From NCBI GenBank assembly GCA_005222975.1, contig NJBI01000013.1:1-61996 (forward strand): a DNA stretch of 61,996 bases, written 5' to 3'. The stretch is from Promethearchaeota archaeon Loki_b31. GTDB taxonomy: Archaea; Asgardarchaeota; Lokiarchaeia; Sigyniarchaeales; SOKP01. The notes under the pieces are model-generated. The model searched no databases, was not told the origin of the DNA, and saw nothing but the letters and a program-made list of their open reading frames with translations. Shown here one piece after another: positions 41,302-50,691 of this stretch (its first letter is position 1; every line of letters begins with the position of its first letter). The translations under genes and the position numbers were made by a program.

Positions 41302-41478
41302 ATGAAATTGGAGGAATTTAAATTGAATATTGAAATTAAAAAAAAAGAAAAAAACGATGATTGGGAAGATTTCGACGAAGAAGAAGATAATTGGGAAGAT
41401 TATGACGAAGAAGACGATGAAAAAGACGATGATTGGGAAGATAGCGATTATAATGATGGTGATTTTGAAGACTATTAA
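41302..41478 (+). CDS. 58-aa very acidic protein with three D(D/N)WED repeats
   Basis: MKLEEFKLNIEIKKKEKNDDWEDFDEEEDNWEDYDEEDDEKDDDWEDSDY... Confidence 0.5.
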   Translation: MKLEEFKLNIEIKKKEKNDDWEDFDEEEDNWEDYDEEDDEKDDDWEDSDYNDGDFEDY

Positions 41479-41656
41479 ACTTAAATAGATATTATAATCT
41501 AATGACATCCCAAATTTAATATAAATGCATCTAAAAAATTTTTTAAAAAATTATCTTACCTAAAAATCCTTATTATAAAAAAAATAAATCCTATTTAAAA
41601 CAGAATTTCACACTTTGAACTTAAATGAAATTGAAAAATTTCTAAAGAAGATAAGA

Positions 41657-42646
41657 TTAGATGATTTCCAATCTCTGTAATAATCCAGTAATTAAAATTG
41701 GTAATGCTATGGTTGCATCGCACCATACACTTACATATTTTGATTCTAAAGAATATTTTCCCCAACTTTTTGATTCAGAAATTGTACACCCTGAAAGACC
41801 CCCATCATATTCAGTAGCAGTATGTATTCTAACTGAATAATTATACCCCATCCTCTCAACTTTTTCAATTTGATCAAGTAAGGGAAAGATTTGTTGAGCC
41901 CAATTTCTAGGAACACCCCCTCCAACTATTAGAGTACCAAATTCTCTGGATTTTTTTATAATATCTGCAAATTTTAATACATCTCCAAGAATATCAAAAT
42001 TGAACTTATAATCTTCTTTTATAGAATATTTGATTAAGTTCAATGCAAATTCAGAATCAGAAAATGCAGGGACAAAAATAGGAATGTTGTTTTTAGCAGC
42101 CACAGCTAAAAGACTTCTTTTATTTAATTTTTCACCAACTTTTCTTAAAAGATCTGAAGGTAAAATGTTAATTTCTTTGAATTCAAATATTTCATGAATT
42201 ATCTCTAATAAAACTTCTTCAACTATCTTATAATTTTCTTCAGGTAGTAAAGTATCATATATTCTATTAATTCTCAATTTAAACAATTCATTATCATCTA
42301 TGGTAGCACTTCCAATATAATGTCCTACATCAGTTAATGCATCTACTAAATCATGTACGATATTCGCTCCTGTAGTAATTAAAACATCAATTAATTTATG
42401 GTCCATTAATGTGTAAATTAAATCTCCCATACCTGCCGGAATCATAGCACCACTTAAAGTTAATACAGTTAAAATATCAGCATTGTTAACCATTTCATAA
42501 AGAATATCTAAAGCCTTCCCTAAGTTTCTTCCTTGAAATCCACAATATTTAAGGGCTCTTAAAAGATCGTCAACATTTTTCACTTCATTAACATTAAACG
42601 GAGTTATTTTTTGAATTAAGTAATCTTCTTTATGTATTTTATTCAT
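41657..42646 (-). CDS. dys: Deoxyhypusine synthase family protein
   Basis: GFQGRNLG, TGANIVHD, PAFSDS, GGGVPRN, DGGLSG..ESKSWGK, CDATIALP; likely ATG at 42646. Confidence 0.92.
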   Translation of the reverse strand: MNKIHKEDYLIQKITPFNVNEVKNVDDLLRALKYCGFQGRNLGKALDILYEMVNNADILTVLTLSGAMIPAGMGDLIYTLMDHKLIDVLITTGANIVHDLVDALTDVGHYIGSATIDDNELFKLRINRIYDTLLPEENYKIVEEVLLEIIHEIFEFKEINILPSDLLRKVGEKLNKRSLLAVAAKNNIPIFVPAFSDSEFALNLIKYSIKEDYKFNFDILGDVLKFADIIKKSREFGTLIVGGGVPRNWAQQIFPLLDQIEKVERMGYNYSVRIHTATEYDGGLSGCTISESKSWGKYSLESKYVSVWCDATIALPILITGLLQRLEII

Positions 42647-42782
42647 AATTAAAATTATACATTCTAGATTTATTAAATACATCTATACAATTTTTTTAAA
42701 AAAATTCAATCAAATTTTTTAGAAATCCCCAATTTACATGAATATAATTTTTTTTTAAATTATCTACTATTCTCTTATAATC

Positions 42783-42926
42783 GAAAATGAAGGAAAATTC
42801 AATAGATAAAATTTAAAGATATATCAGAACCTAAATAAAATCATGTCATTTGTCCCAAAAAAGGTATTCTTTGTAAAAGGAAAAGGATTTCATAAGTCTA
42901 AGTTAGGAGCTTTTGAACAAGCGCTT
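42783..42926 (+). repeat. Right direct repeat (attR-like): diverged copy of the cofE 3' end, identical core, intact pdaD start
   Basis: Encodes KMKENSIDKI* versus cofE KKKEDSIDKI*. Confidence 0.92.
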
Positions 42927-43391
42927 AGAAATGCGGGAATTGAAAAGTTTAATTTAGTTAATGTTTCTTCGATCTTACCCCCCCATTGTGTTGAAATAAG
43001 TAAGGAAGATGGTTTAGAACAACTCCGTCCAGGACAGATCCTTTATATTGTTATGTCTAGAGCAGAGTCTAAAGAATTAGAGCGCGTGGTTTGCGCATCA
43101 ATAGGTGTCGCAATGCCCGCTGATAAAGATCAATACGGATATTTAAGTGAACATCATACATATGGGGAAAAACCAGAAATAACAGGGGATTACGCTGAAG
43201 ATTTAGCAGCAGAGATGTTAGCGACAACTTTGGGATTATCATTTGATCCCAACGCTAATTACGATGAAAAACGCGAAGTCTTTAAAATGGGAGGAAAAAT
43301 TGTTGAAACTAAAAATATAACAGAATATGCTACTGTTAGAAATAAAGATGAGTGGGCTTCTGTTTTAGCAGCAGCAGTATTTATTATATAA
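42843..43391 (+). CDS. pdaD: Pyruvoyl-dependent arginine decarboxylase
   Basis: FEQALRNAGIEKFNLVNVSSILPP (Ser-Ser cleavage site), YGYLSEHH, AEDLAAEMLA. Confidence 0.93.
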   Translation: MSFVPKKVFFVKGKGFHKSKLGAFEQALRNAGIEKFNLVNVSSILPPHCVEISKEDGLEQLRPGQILYIVMSRAESKELERVVCASIGVAMPADKDQYGYLSEHHTYGEKPEITGDYAEDLAAEMLATTLGLSFDPNANYDEKREVFKMGGKIVETKNITEYATVRNKDEWASVLAAAVFII

Positions 43392-43449
43392 TGGAATTTT
43401 TAGATATCTCTGAAAAATTAAAATTTGATGATACATTTCTTTTAGAAAA

Positions 43450-44751
43450 ATGAAGGAATCAAAATATACAACCATTGATGAAGCTCTGAAAAAGGATTTG
43501 ACCAATGTATATTTGAGAGGTTGGGTGTACCGGCAAAGAGCGTCAAACAAATTCGTTTTTATTGTTTTAAGGGACGAATCTGACATAATACAGTGTGTTA
43601 TCTCTAAAAGCAAAAATGCAGAACTCTTTGAAAAAGCTGAAAAGCTCACAATTGAATCTTCAATTAAAATTTCAGGTGAATTAAAGGAGGATGAAAGGGC
43701 TCCCACCGGATTTGAAGTTTCTGTATCGGATATGGAAGTTATCCAAATTGCTGAACCATTCCCTATTACTGAACACCAGTCACCCGAACTCCTTTATGAT
43801 AATCGACATCTATGGTTAAGATCTAGAAAACTGAACGCAGTTTTAAAAATTCGACACACAGTTGTAGGCGCAATCCACGATTTCTTTAGAGGTCGCGGTT
43901 ATTACGAATTTGACGCACCAATCTTTCAACCTAGCCAATCTGAAGGGGGTTCAACACTATTCGAAGTTAAATATTTTGAAGATATAATGTATCTAAGTCA
44001 AACATGGCAATTGTACGCTGAAGCCGGGATTTTTTCGCTAGGAAAGATATATAATATGGGGCCAACATTCAGGGCTGAAAAATCAAAAACATCAAGACAT
44101 TTAGCAGAATTTTGGATGGCAGAAATGGAGGCTGCTTGGATGACGCTTGAAGAGGCTACAGAAGTTGCAAAAGACGAAATTAGGTTTATTGTAAAAGAAG
44201 TTTTAAAACATAACAAGAAAGAACTTGAAATGTTGAAGAGAGACATTAAATTGTTAGAACATTATGCAAAAGCGGAATATCCTACAATTAAATATGCAGA
44301 AGCTTTAGATATCCTTAATAATAAATACCAAATGGACGTTCCTTGGGGTAAGGATTTAAGAACCTTGGAAGAGGCAAAAATAGCTGAACATTTTAAGGTT
44401 CCTGTAGTTGTCACCCATTATCCTACGGAAATTATGGGTTTTTATAAACCACCCAGTGAAGATAATCCCAAAGAAGCACTATGCTTTGACATGTTAGCTC
44501 CAGAAGGATATTGTGAAATTATTGGTGGGTCGGAAAGAAGTTTATTAGTTGACGACATGAAAAAGAGATTAAAAGCAGACGGCGAAAATCCAGAGATTTA
44601 TGACTGGTATTTTGCTTTAAGGCGTTATGGCAGTGTTCCTCATTCAGGTTATGGATTAGGCGTGGAGCGGGTCGTTCAATGGATGTGTGGGTTAGATAAC
44701 ATTAAAGACGCCATTCCTTTCCCTCGAACTATGCTTAGAAAATCTCCATAA
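43450..44751 (+). CDS. asnS: Asparaginyl-tRNA synthetase
   Basis: NRHLWLRS, PTFRAEKSKTSRHLAEFWM, RRYGSVPHSGYGLGVER. Confidence 0.9.
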   Translation: MKESKYTTIDEALKKDLTNVYLRGWVYRQRASNKFVFIVLRDESDIIQCVISKSKNAELFEKAEKLTIESSIKISGELKEDERAPTGFEVSVSDMEVIQIAEPFPITEHQSPELLYDNRHLWLRSRKLNAVLKIRHTVVGAIHDFFRGRGYYEFDAPIFQPSQSEGGSTLFEVKYFEDIMYLSQTWQLYAEAGIFSLGKIYNMGPTFRAEKSKTSRHLAEFWMAEMEAAWMTLEEATEVAKDEIRFIVKEVLKHNKKELEMLKRDIKLLEHYAKAEYPTIKYAEALDILNNKYQMDVPWGKDLRTLEEAKIAEHFKVPVVVTHYPTEIMGFYKPPSEDNPKEALCFDMLAPEGYCEIIGGSERSLLVDDMKKRLKADGENPEIYDWYFALRRYGSVPHSGYGLGVERVVQWMCGLDNIKDAIPFPRTMLRKSP

Positions 44752-44839
44752 TAAATTTTTTTTAGAAAGCAACAATTATTTTCGATGAATTATTTAAGAA
44801 ACACTGATTTTAAATTATTTAAAAGGATGGTTTGTTGAA

Positions 44840-46321
44840 TTGGAACTCTATAATTACATGGGATATGAATTAATTGAAAAAGTAATAAATAGAGAAATCA
44901 CCATTCAAGATGTAATTCAAACATCATTTGACAGAATTGAGATAACTGATAATCTTATTCATTCTTTTGTTAAGCTATCCAAAGATAAAGCACTTAAAAA
45001 AGCAAAAGAATACGATATAAAAATACAAAAAGGTCAAAAATTTGGAAGGCTTTATGGATTACCTTTTGCAAATAAAGATTTAATCTGCTTAAAGGGTTTT
45101 CCTACAACTTGTTGTTCAAAAATACTAAGGGGTTATCGTCCTCCATATAATGCTTTCGTCATTGAACGTTTAGTGGAACAAGAGGGAGCAATTCATATTG
45201 GAAATACAAATATGGATGAATTTGCAATGGGAAGTTCTACAGAATCGAGCTGTTATGGGCCCACCTATAACCCTTGGGATATATCTAGAGTACCGGGAGG
45301 GTCGAGCGGAGGGAGTGCTACAGCTATCGCATCGGGACAGACTATTTTTGCGATAGGGAGCGATACAGGAGGTAGTATTAGGTGTCCAGCATCTTTCTGC
45401 GGAGTTGTGGGATTGAAACCTACTTATGGTAGAGTATCACGATATGGATTAGTTGCCTTTGCAAATTCATTGGATCAAATTGGTCCCATTACTAAGTGTG
45501 TTTACGATTCAGCGTTAATGCTTGAAATAATATCAGGTAAAGATCCACTCGATTCTACCTCAGTAGATGTTAAAGTTGATAAATATACAGAAGAAATCAA
45601 AAATCCCATTGAAAAAAAAGTAATTGGAATTCCAAAAGAGTTTTTCGGTGAAGGGATTGAAACAGAAGTTGAAAGTTCTGTAAAGAAATCAATCGAAAAA
45701 TTGGAAAGTTTAGGAGCATCTACCGTTGAAGTAACTATTCCACATCTTGAATATACCATTGCAACATATTATTTACTTTGTATGTGCGAAGCAAGCTCGA
45801 ATTTGGCGAGATTTGACGGTTTAAGATATGGAAACATGAGCGAGGACCTTTCTGGCGACACTTTCGAAGTATTTAGCAGAACAAGAGGGGAATATTTTGG
45901 TCCAGAAGTAAGACGGAGAATTTTCTTAGGAACCTATGCATTATCTGCGGGGTACTACGATAAGTTCTATATTAAAGCGCTTAAAGTTAGATCTTTGATA
46001 AAAAACGATTTTATCGAAGCCTTTAAAAAGTGTGACTCTATCGTTTGCCCAACAATGCCTTCAACAGCATTTAAAGCTGGAGCGCTAATTGATGACCCGC
46101 TGCAAATGTATATAATAGATATATTAACATGCTCTGTTAATCTTGCGGGTATACCAGCGTTAACAATCCCATGTGGTTTTGATAGTAATAATTTACCTAT
46201 AGGTTTTCAAATAATCGGGGATTATTTTGACGAAAAAGGTGTTCTCAACATTGGTTATCAACTTGAACAAGAACTTAATGTTTATCGAAAAATTGCGCCT
46301 GTTGTAAGTGGAGGTAAATAA
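44840..46321 (+). CDS. gatA: Asp/Glu-tRNA amidotransferase subunit A
   Basis: NMDEFAMGSSTE, PGGSSGGS, GSDTGGSIRCPA, SSNLARFDG, EVRRRIFLGT. Confidence 0.95.
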   Translation: MELYNYMGYELIEKVINREITIQDVIQTSFDRIEITDNLIHSFVKLSKDKALKKAKEYDIKIQKGQKFGRLYGLPFANKDLICLKGFPTTCCSKILRGYRPPYNAFVIERLVEQEGAIHIGNTNMDEFAMGSSTESSCYGPTYNPWDISRVPGGSSGGSATAIASGQTIFAIGSDTGGSIRCPASFCGVVGLKPTYGRVSRYGLVAFANSLDQIGPITKCVYDSALMLEIISGKDPLDSTSVDVKVDKYTEEIKNPIEKKVIGIPKEFFGEGIETEVESSVKKSIEKLESLGASTVEVTIPHLEYTIATYYLLCMCEASSNLARFDGLRYGNMSEDLSGDTFEVFSRTRGEYFGPEVRRRIFLGTYALSAGYYDKFYIKALKVRSLIKNDFIEAFKKCDSIVCPTMPSTAFKAGALIDDPLQMYIIDILTCSVNLAGIPALTIPCGFDSNNLPIGFQIIGDYFDEKGVLNIGYQLEQELNVYRKIAPVVSGGK

Positions 46322-46322
46322 T

Positions 46323-47795
46323 TTGAGTAGTCAAAATAATGATGTGATTATAGGTTTAGAAGTTCACATTCAATTGACTAATCTCAAAACAAAGCTATTT
46401 TGTAGTTGTAGTACTAATTATCGTGGAACAGAGCCTAATACATTTGTATGCCCTATATGTATTGGTTTGCCAGGTTCGCTTCCAGTAGTTAACAAAAAAG
46501 TGGTTGAATTTGCAACCAGATTAGCTCTAGCCCTAGATTGTAAAATCAATCATAAATTTTGGTTCTTTAGAAAAAACTACCATTATCCAGACCTCCCAAA
46601 AGGGTTTCAGATTACGCAATATAACAAAGCGGGAGGCAAAGCTTTTGCAGATGGCGGAAAAATCACCGTTAGAGTAAATAACCACAAAAAAGAAGTCATG
46701 CTAAATAGAATTCATCTAGAAGAGGATCCTGCTAGGTTAGTACATAAAGGAAATATAGCAATATCACCATTCACTTTAGTAGATTATAATCGCTCTGGTG
46801 TTTGCTTGATCGAAATTGTGTCCAAACCTGTTATTGACTCCCCAGAAGAGGCAAGAGAATTTCTAAAACAATTAAAATCGATCGTTCAATATACGGGTAT
46901 ATCAGATTTAGACCTTCAGGGCTCCGTAAGAGTTGACGCAAATATTTCTATAAAAGGAAATGAACGTAGTGAAGTTAAAAATATCAATAGCTTTAAAGAA
47001 GTTGAACGCGCATTAAGTTATGAAATTGTAAGGCAAAAAAACGCACTTAAAAGAGGAAAAGTATTAATACAAGAAACTAGACACTGGGACGATAAAAGGA
47101 AAATCACGATATCATTACGATCAAAAGAATTTGAAGCAGATTATCGTTATTTCCCCGAACAAGATTTAGTTCCATTGGAAATTGATAATATTTTTATTCA
47201 GAAAGTTAAAGAAAAACTACCAGAAATGCCAAATGAAAGAGCCTTAAGGCTTCGTAGAGAATATATGCTATCTGAATTTGATTCTGAAAACTTAGTTTTA
47301 GATAAAGAGATCGCAGATTTTTATGAAAACGGTGCGAACTCAGATCCCTCATTTGGTTATGAGGAGTACAAACAGTATTGCAACTGGTTAATGAACAATA
47401 TTTCCGGATGGTTAAACGAGAATAATACAACGATTAACAATACAAAACTTACTCCTAAACACGTAGTAGATTTAATCAAAAACATCAGAAACGGTAAAAT
47501 TACAACAAAAATAGCAAAGACTTACATTGATGAAATGATGAAAGGGACATCAGTTTCTCAAATCATTAAAAAAAAGGGGAAAAAGAGAATTTATGATGAA
47601 AAAATCATTGAAAAGTTATGTAGAGATGTTATCGAAGAAAATCCAAATATCGTTAAAGATTTCCGTAAGAACCTTAAAGCTTTAGAAGCTTTAATTGGTA
47701 GGGTTATGGCAAAAACCAAAGGACAAGCAGATGCTAAAATAACAAGAGAAGTAATGTTAGAATTACTAGAGAAATCTAAAAAAGTAGAAAAATAA
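46323..47795 (+). CDS. gatB: Asp/Glu-tRNA amidotransferase subunit B
   Basis: IGLEVHIQL, RKNYHYPDLPKGFQITQ, HLEED, DYNRSG, DYRYFPE; start TTG 46323 or GTG 46308. Confidence 0.95.
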   Translation: MSSQNNDVIIGLEVHIQLTNLKTKLFCSCSTNYRGTEPNTFVCPICIGLPGSLPVVNKKVVEFATRLALALDCKINHKFWFFRKNYHYPDLPKGFQITQYNKAGGKAFADGGKITVRVNNHKKEVMLNRIHLEEDPARLVHKGNIAISPFTLVDYNRSGVCLIEIVSKPVIDSPEEAREFLKQLKSIVQYTGISDLDLQGSVRVDANISIKGNERSEVKNINSFKEVERALSYEIVRQKNALKRGKVLIQETRHWDDKRKITISLRSKEFEADYRYFPEQDLVPLEIDNIFIQKVKEKLPEMPNERALRLRREYMLSEFDSENLVLDKEIADFYENGANSDPSFGYEEYKQYCNWLMNNISGWLNENNTTINNTKLTPKHVVDLIKNIRNGKITTKIAKTYIDEMMKGTSVSQIIKKKGKKRIYDEKIIEKLCRDVIEENPNIVKDFRKNLKALEALIGRVMAKTKGQADAKITREVMLELLEKSKKVEK

Positions 47796-47803
47796 ATAAG
47801 ATG

Positions 47804-48160
47804 TTAAATAAGACTCTGAAGAGCGTCTGCTGCTGCTGCTAACTTTAAATTAATGATACCTAGTTTTGCATCTGTAGTTGTAATTAATGTTAATATATTT
47901 CCTCCAACTTCCGAAAATAGTATTTTTCCTTTAGCACTTTCAATTATAGCGTTATAAAATTGGCCTTGTTCAAGTTCTTTCGTTGCTCTTTGAGAGGCTT
48001 TAAGAATAAGAGTGACCATTGCTGCGACTGATTCTGGGTCGACCCAACCAGGTAATGCGCTACCTTTTATTAAGCCAAACTTTTCGATTATTGCAGCACC
48101 ATATACCCCCTTTATCCCCTTAAGACTTTCTAGGATTTCCTTAATCCTTTCTTCACTCAT
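47804..48160 (-). CDS. Roadblock/LC7 (MglB-like) protein
   Basis: GVYGAAIIEKFGLIKGS..ESVAAM..ELEQG..IIESAKGKI..AKLGII. Confidence 0.9.
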   Translation of the reverse strand: MSEERIKEILESLKGIKGVYGAAIIEKFGLIKGSALPGWVDPESVAAMVTLILKASQRATKELEQGQFYNAIIESAKGKILFSEVGGNILTLITTTDAKLGIINLKLAAAADALQSLI

Positions 48161-48292
48161 TTAGTTCACTTTAGTTTATAAATTCAGAATTATTAGAATA
48201 ATCTTGTTATTGATATTTAAGATTTAATGTTATTTAAGTATAAAAATTTTGGAATTATGAAAAAAAAAGTTAAGAGGAATAAGATTTAGAAA

Positions 48293-49324
48293 TTATAATT
48301 TTATTATTTTTCCCCACTTATCAAGTAATAATGCAATGAGTGTCATAACAATAACCATTATTGTGAAAATTAGAAAATCCATATCTAAACCAATTATATC
48401 ACTTATTATGAATTCCAGTACAACTGCAATAATATAAATTATAAATGGAGATTTTCCGTAACTATCAATAATGATTATTGGTTTCTGGACTTTCTTGTCA
48501 ATACCAATAAAAAGAAACGATATTAAGATTGAGCCCCCTAAACTAATTAAAATATATGTTAAAGTTACTTGGCGTTTATTTGGATACCATCCAGGTAATA
48601 ACCAAAGTAATAGACCGCCTACAAAAGCAGTAATCCCTACAATTAAGTATATTTGATATTTCTTCTTATCAGAATATTCTTCACTTATAAACAATACTTC
48701 GCCTAAACAGGTTGCGTAAATCATAATAGCAGAAAACCCAAATATCGTACCAAAAATGCCACCATGAATAGATGCAATAGCGTACTCTCGCCATCCACCA
48801 TAAAGAAGCATAATTTGATAGAATATTAATAAAGCCGTAGCAACGATAGCACGTCCCTTTGGTTTTAACCACAGAAATGGTATTGTTATTAATCCTACCA
48901 GCCCTAGCGTTGGTAAAACATCCCAAATAATAATACCCTCAGATGTTATAAATTCACCGTGGTCGATTAGAATTACAAGTAATCCCAGAGCCAAGATTAT
49001 CCCATAACGAATAATCATGTGTTTGACTGCCTTACTTACGCCATCTCTTTCTTTTCTGTGTAAAAAGGACAATGGCATGAGTATCCCCATTATAAAAATA
49101 AAAGCAGGAGCGCCAACATCATAAAAATTCATAAACTCAATTGTTTTTTCATTCAGGGGATGAGCTAAAAAAAATCGAGCAATTTCACTTCCAGTTCGAA
49201 TCGCATAAGGTAGAAATTCAGTGATCACAAGTAAGATCATGATAAATCCTCGTGCATGATCGATCCAATAATATCTTTTTCTTTGCAGCTGATCTCCTTC
49301 AGTAATTATTTTCTCATCACTCAT
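48293..49324 (-). CDS. HGSNAT/DUF1624-like membrane acyltransferase
   Basis: RYYWIDHARGFIM, DVGAPAFIFIMG, WDVLPTLG, PNKRQVT. Confidence 0.75.
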   Translation of the reverse strand: MSDEKIITEGDQLQRKRYYWIDHARGFIMILLVITEFLPYAIRTGSEIARFFLAHPLNEKTIEFMNFYDVGAPAFIFIMGILMPLSFLHRKERDGVSKAVKHMIIRYGIILALGLLVILIDHGEFITSEGIIIWDVLPTLGLVGLITIPFLWLKPKGRAIVATALLIFYQIMLLYGGWREYAIASIHGGIFGTIFGFSAIMIYATCLGEVLFISEEYSDKKKYQIYLIVGITAFVGGLLLWLLPGWYPNKRQVTLTYILISLGGSILISFLFIGIDKKVQKPIIIIDSYGKSPFIIYIIAVVLEFIISDIIGLDMDFLIFTIMVIVMTLIALLLDKWGKIIKL

Positions 49325-49457
49325 GTTTGATCATGGTTTTTTTATTTTGTATAAAAATTAATTAAGTAAATTATTTTAATAGATATTTACGGTTTCATTA
49401 TATTTAAGTATAAAATTTTATCTTTACTTTGAAGTTGACTTTTAAGTGTTTTAAATA

Positions 49458-50600
49458 ATGGAAAATATTATTTATCGTCATTACAAAAAAGGCGATGACG
49501 GACAGCTAGCAGATCTATTCAATCGAGCTTTTCAAATGAATGGGGTGGGCATTGTTCGAACTTCTGAAGAATGGAATTGGAGATATGTCAAGTCTCCCTA
49601 TTTTGAACCAGAGATGATTCAAATTGCTGAAGATGTTGAAAAAAATAAGATAGTGGGGGCAATTCACGTAAATTTAGTTGAAGACATCATTTTCAATTCT
49701 AAAAATTATTTAATTGGAGATATCAACGATGTTTCATGCCATCCCGATTATACTCGTAAAGGAATTGCTACTAATCTAATGGAAATGGCGATGAAATATA
49801 TGAAAAAAAGAAATTGTGATCTTTCAATTTTAACAGCAGATTATAAGGGATTTGCTAGATCAAAGATTTACTTGAAATTCGGCTACATTGATGTTGATAG
49901 AGAACTTATGCTGATTAATTTTCCAAATTTATTTAAATTGTTTAAAGATCTTAAAAAATTTGCTTCATTATTTCCAATTTTTTTTGTTATTTCGTATTTT
50001 CCACGCTTTATTTATAGAATCCTTCTGAAACTGAGCAAAAATTTTAACAATATATCTTACGAGATTGTTAATAATAAGCATTTTGAGTACATGAACGCTG
50101 CGAACAAAATTATTAAAAAGTTTTACACTGGTGTTACGCCATATGATAAAAATAAATTTACTTGGGCACGAATTAATGTACCAGCAGAAAGACTCAAACC
50201 CACCTATATAATCATACGAAAAAGGAAAGAAATAATAGGTGGTGCCGTAATAACTCATAGAAATCTACATTCGTTTAAATATGGTCTTAAAATTAGAATT
50301 GGGATTATTCACGAAGTATTTTTAGATAAAAGTCAATTTAAGAATAAGCGTGATTTGCATTTTGGATATATTTTTCTAATCGATAAGTTATTAAAAGCCG
50401 CTACTAGAAGGTATATCGGAGTCTTACTTTATAATTCTTGTTATAGTGACATTGATTTAATTAAAGCATTAAAATCAATGGCGTTTTTAAAATTTGGATC
50501 AGGAACGATTATGATGAAGAAACTAAACGAAGAAATAAAGAGTTTAAAGCCAAAAAAACCAATACATTTACCCACATACATAACCTTCTCAACTCCTTAA
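49458..50600 (+). CDS. GNAT acetyltransferase
   Basis: DVSCHPDYTRKGIATNLM..IYLKFGY. Confidence 0.85.
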   Translation: MENIIYRHYKKGDDGQLADLFNRAFQMNGVGIVRTSEEWNWRYVKSPYFEPEMIQIAEDVEKNKIVGAIHVNLVEDIIFNSKNYLIGDINDVSCHPDYTRKGIATNLMEMAMKYMKKRNCDLSILTADYKGFARSKIYLKFGYIDVDRELMLINFPNLFKLFKDLKKFASLFPIFFVISYFPRFIYRILLKLSKNFNNISYEIVNNKHFEYMNAANKIIKKFYTGVTPYDKNKFTWARINVPAERLKPTYIIIRKRKEIIGGAVITHRNLHSFKYGLKIRIGIIHEVFLDKSQFKNKRDLHFGYIFLIDKLLKAATRRYIGVLLYNSCYSDIDLIKALKSMAFLKFGSGTIMMKKLNEEIKSLKPKKPIHLPTYITFSTP

Positions 50601-50691
50601 AGAATCCTTAAATGGAATGAAGACAAAAGCCTAATTCCTTTTTTAAAAAATAAAAATAAAAATTATTAATAAATAAACATTTTGGTAATTT

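Larger units (their letters stand above)
35917..42856. mobile_element. Integrated island at the cofE-pdaD junction (repeat offset 6880 bp); no integrase seen
   Basis: Bounded by direct repeats; collapsing them gives a contiguous cofE-pdaD locus. Confidence 0.75.

Noticed and set aside
35903-42926. DGR template/variable repeat pair
   Set aside because: Mismatches are mostly synonymous, not adenine-specific, and there is no reverse transcriptase.
25373-48160. MglA-MglB cognate pair
   Set aside because: Genes are about 22 kb apart and both families are highly paralogous in Asgard archaea.
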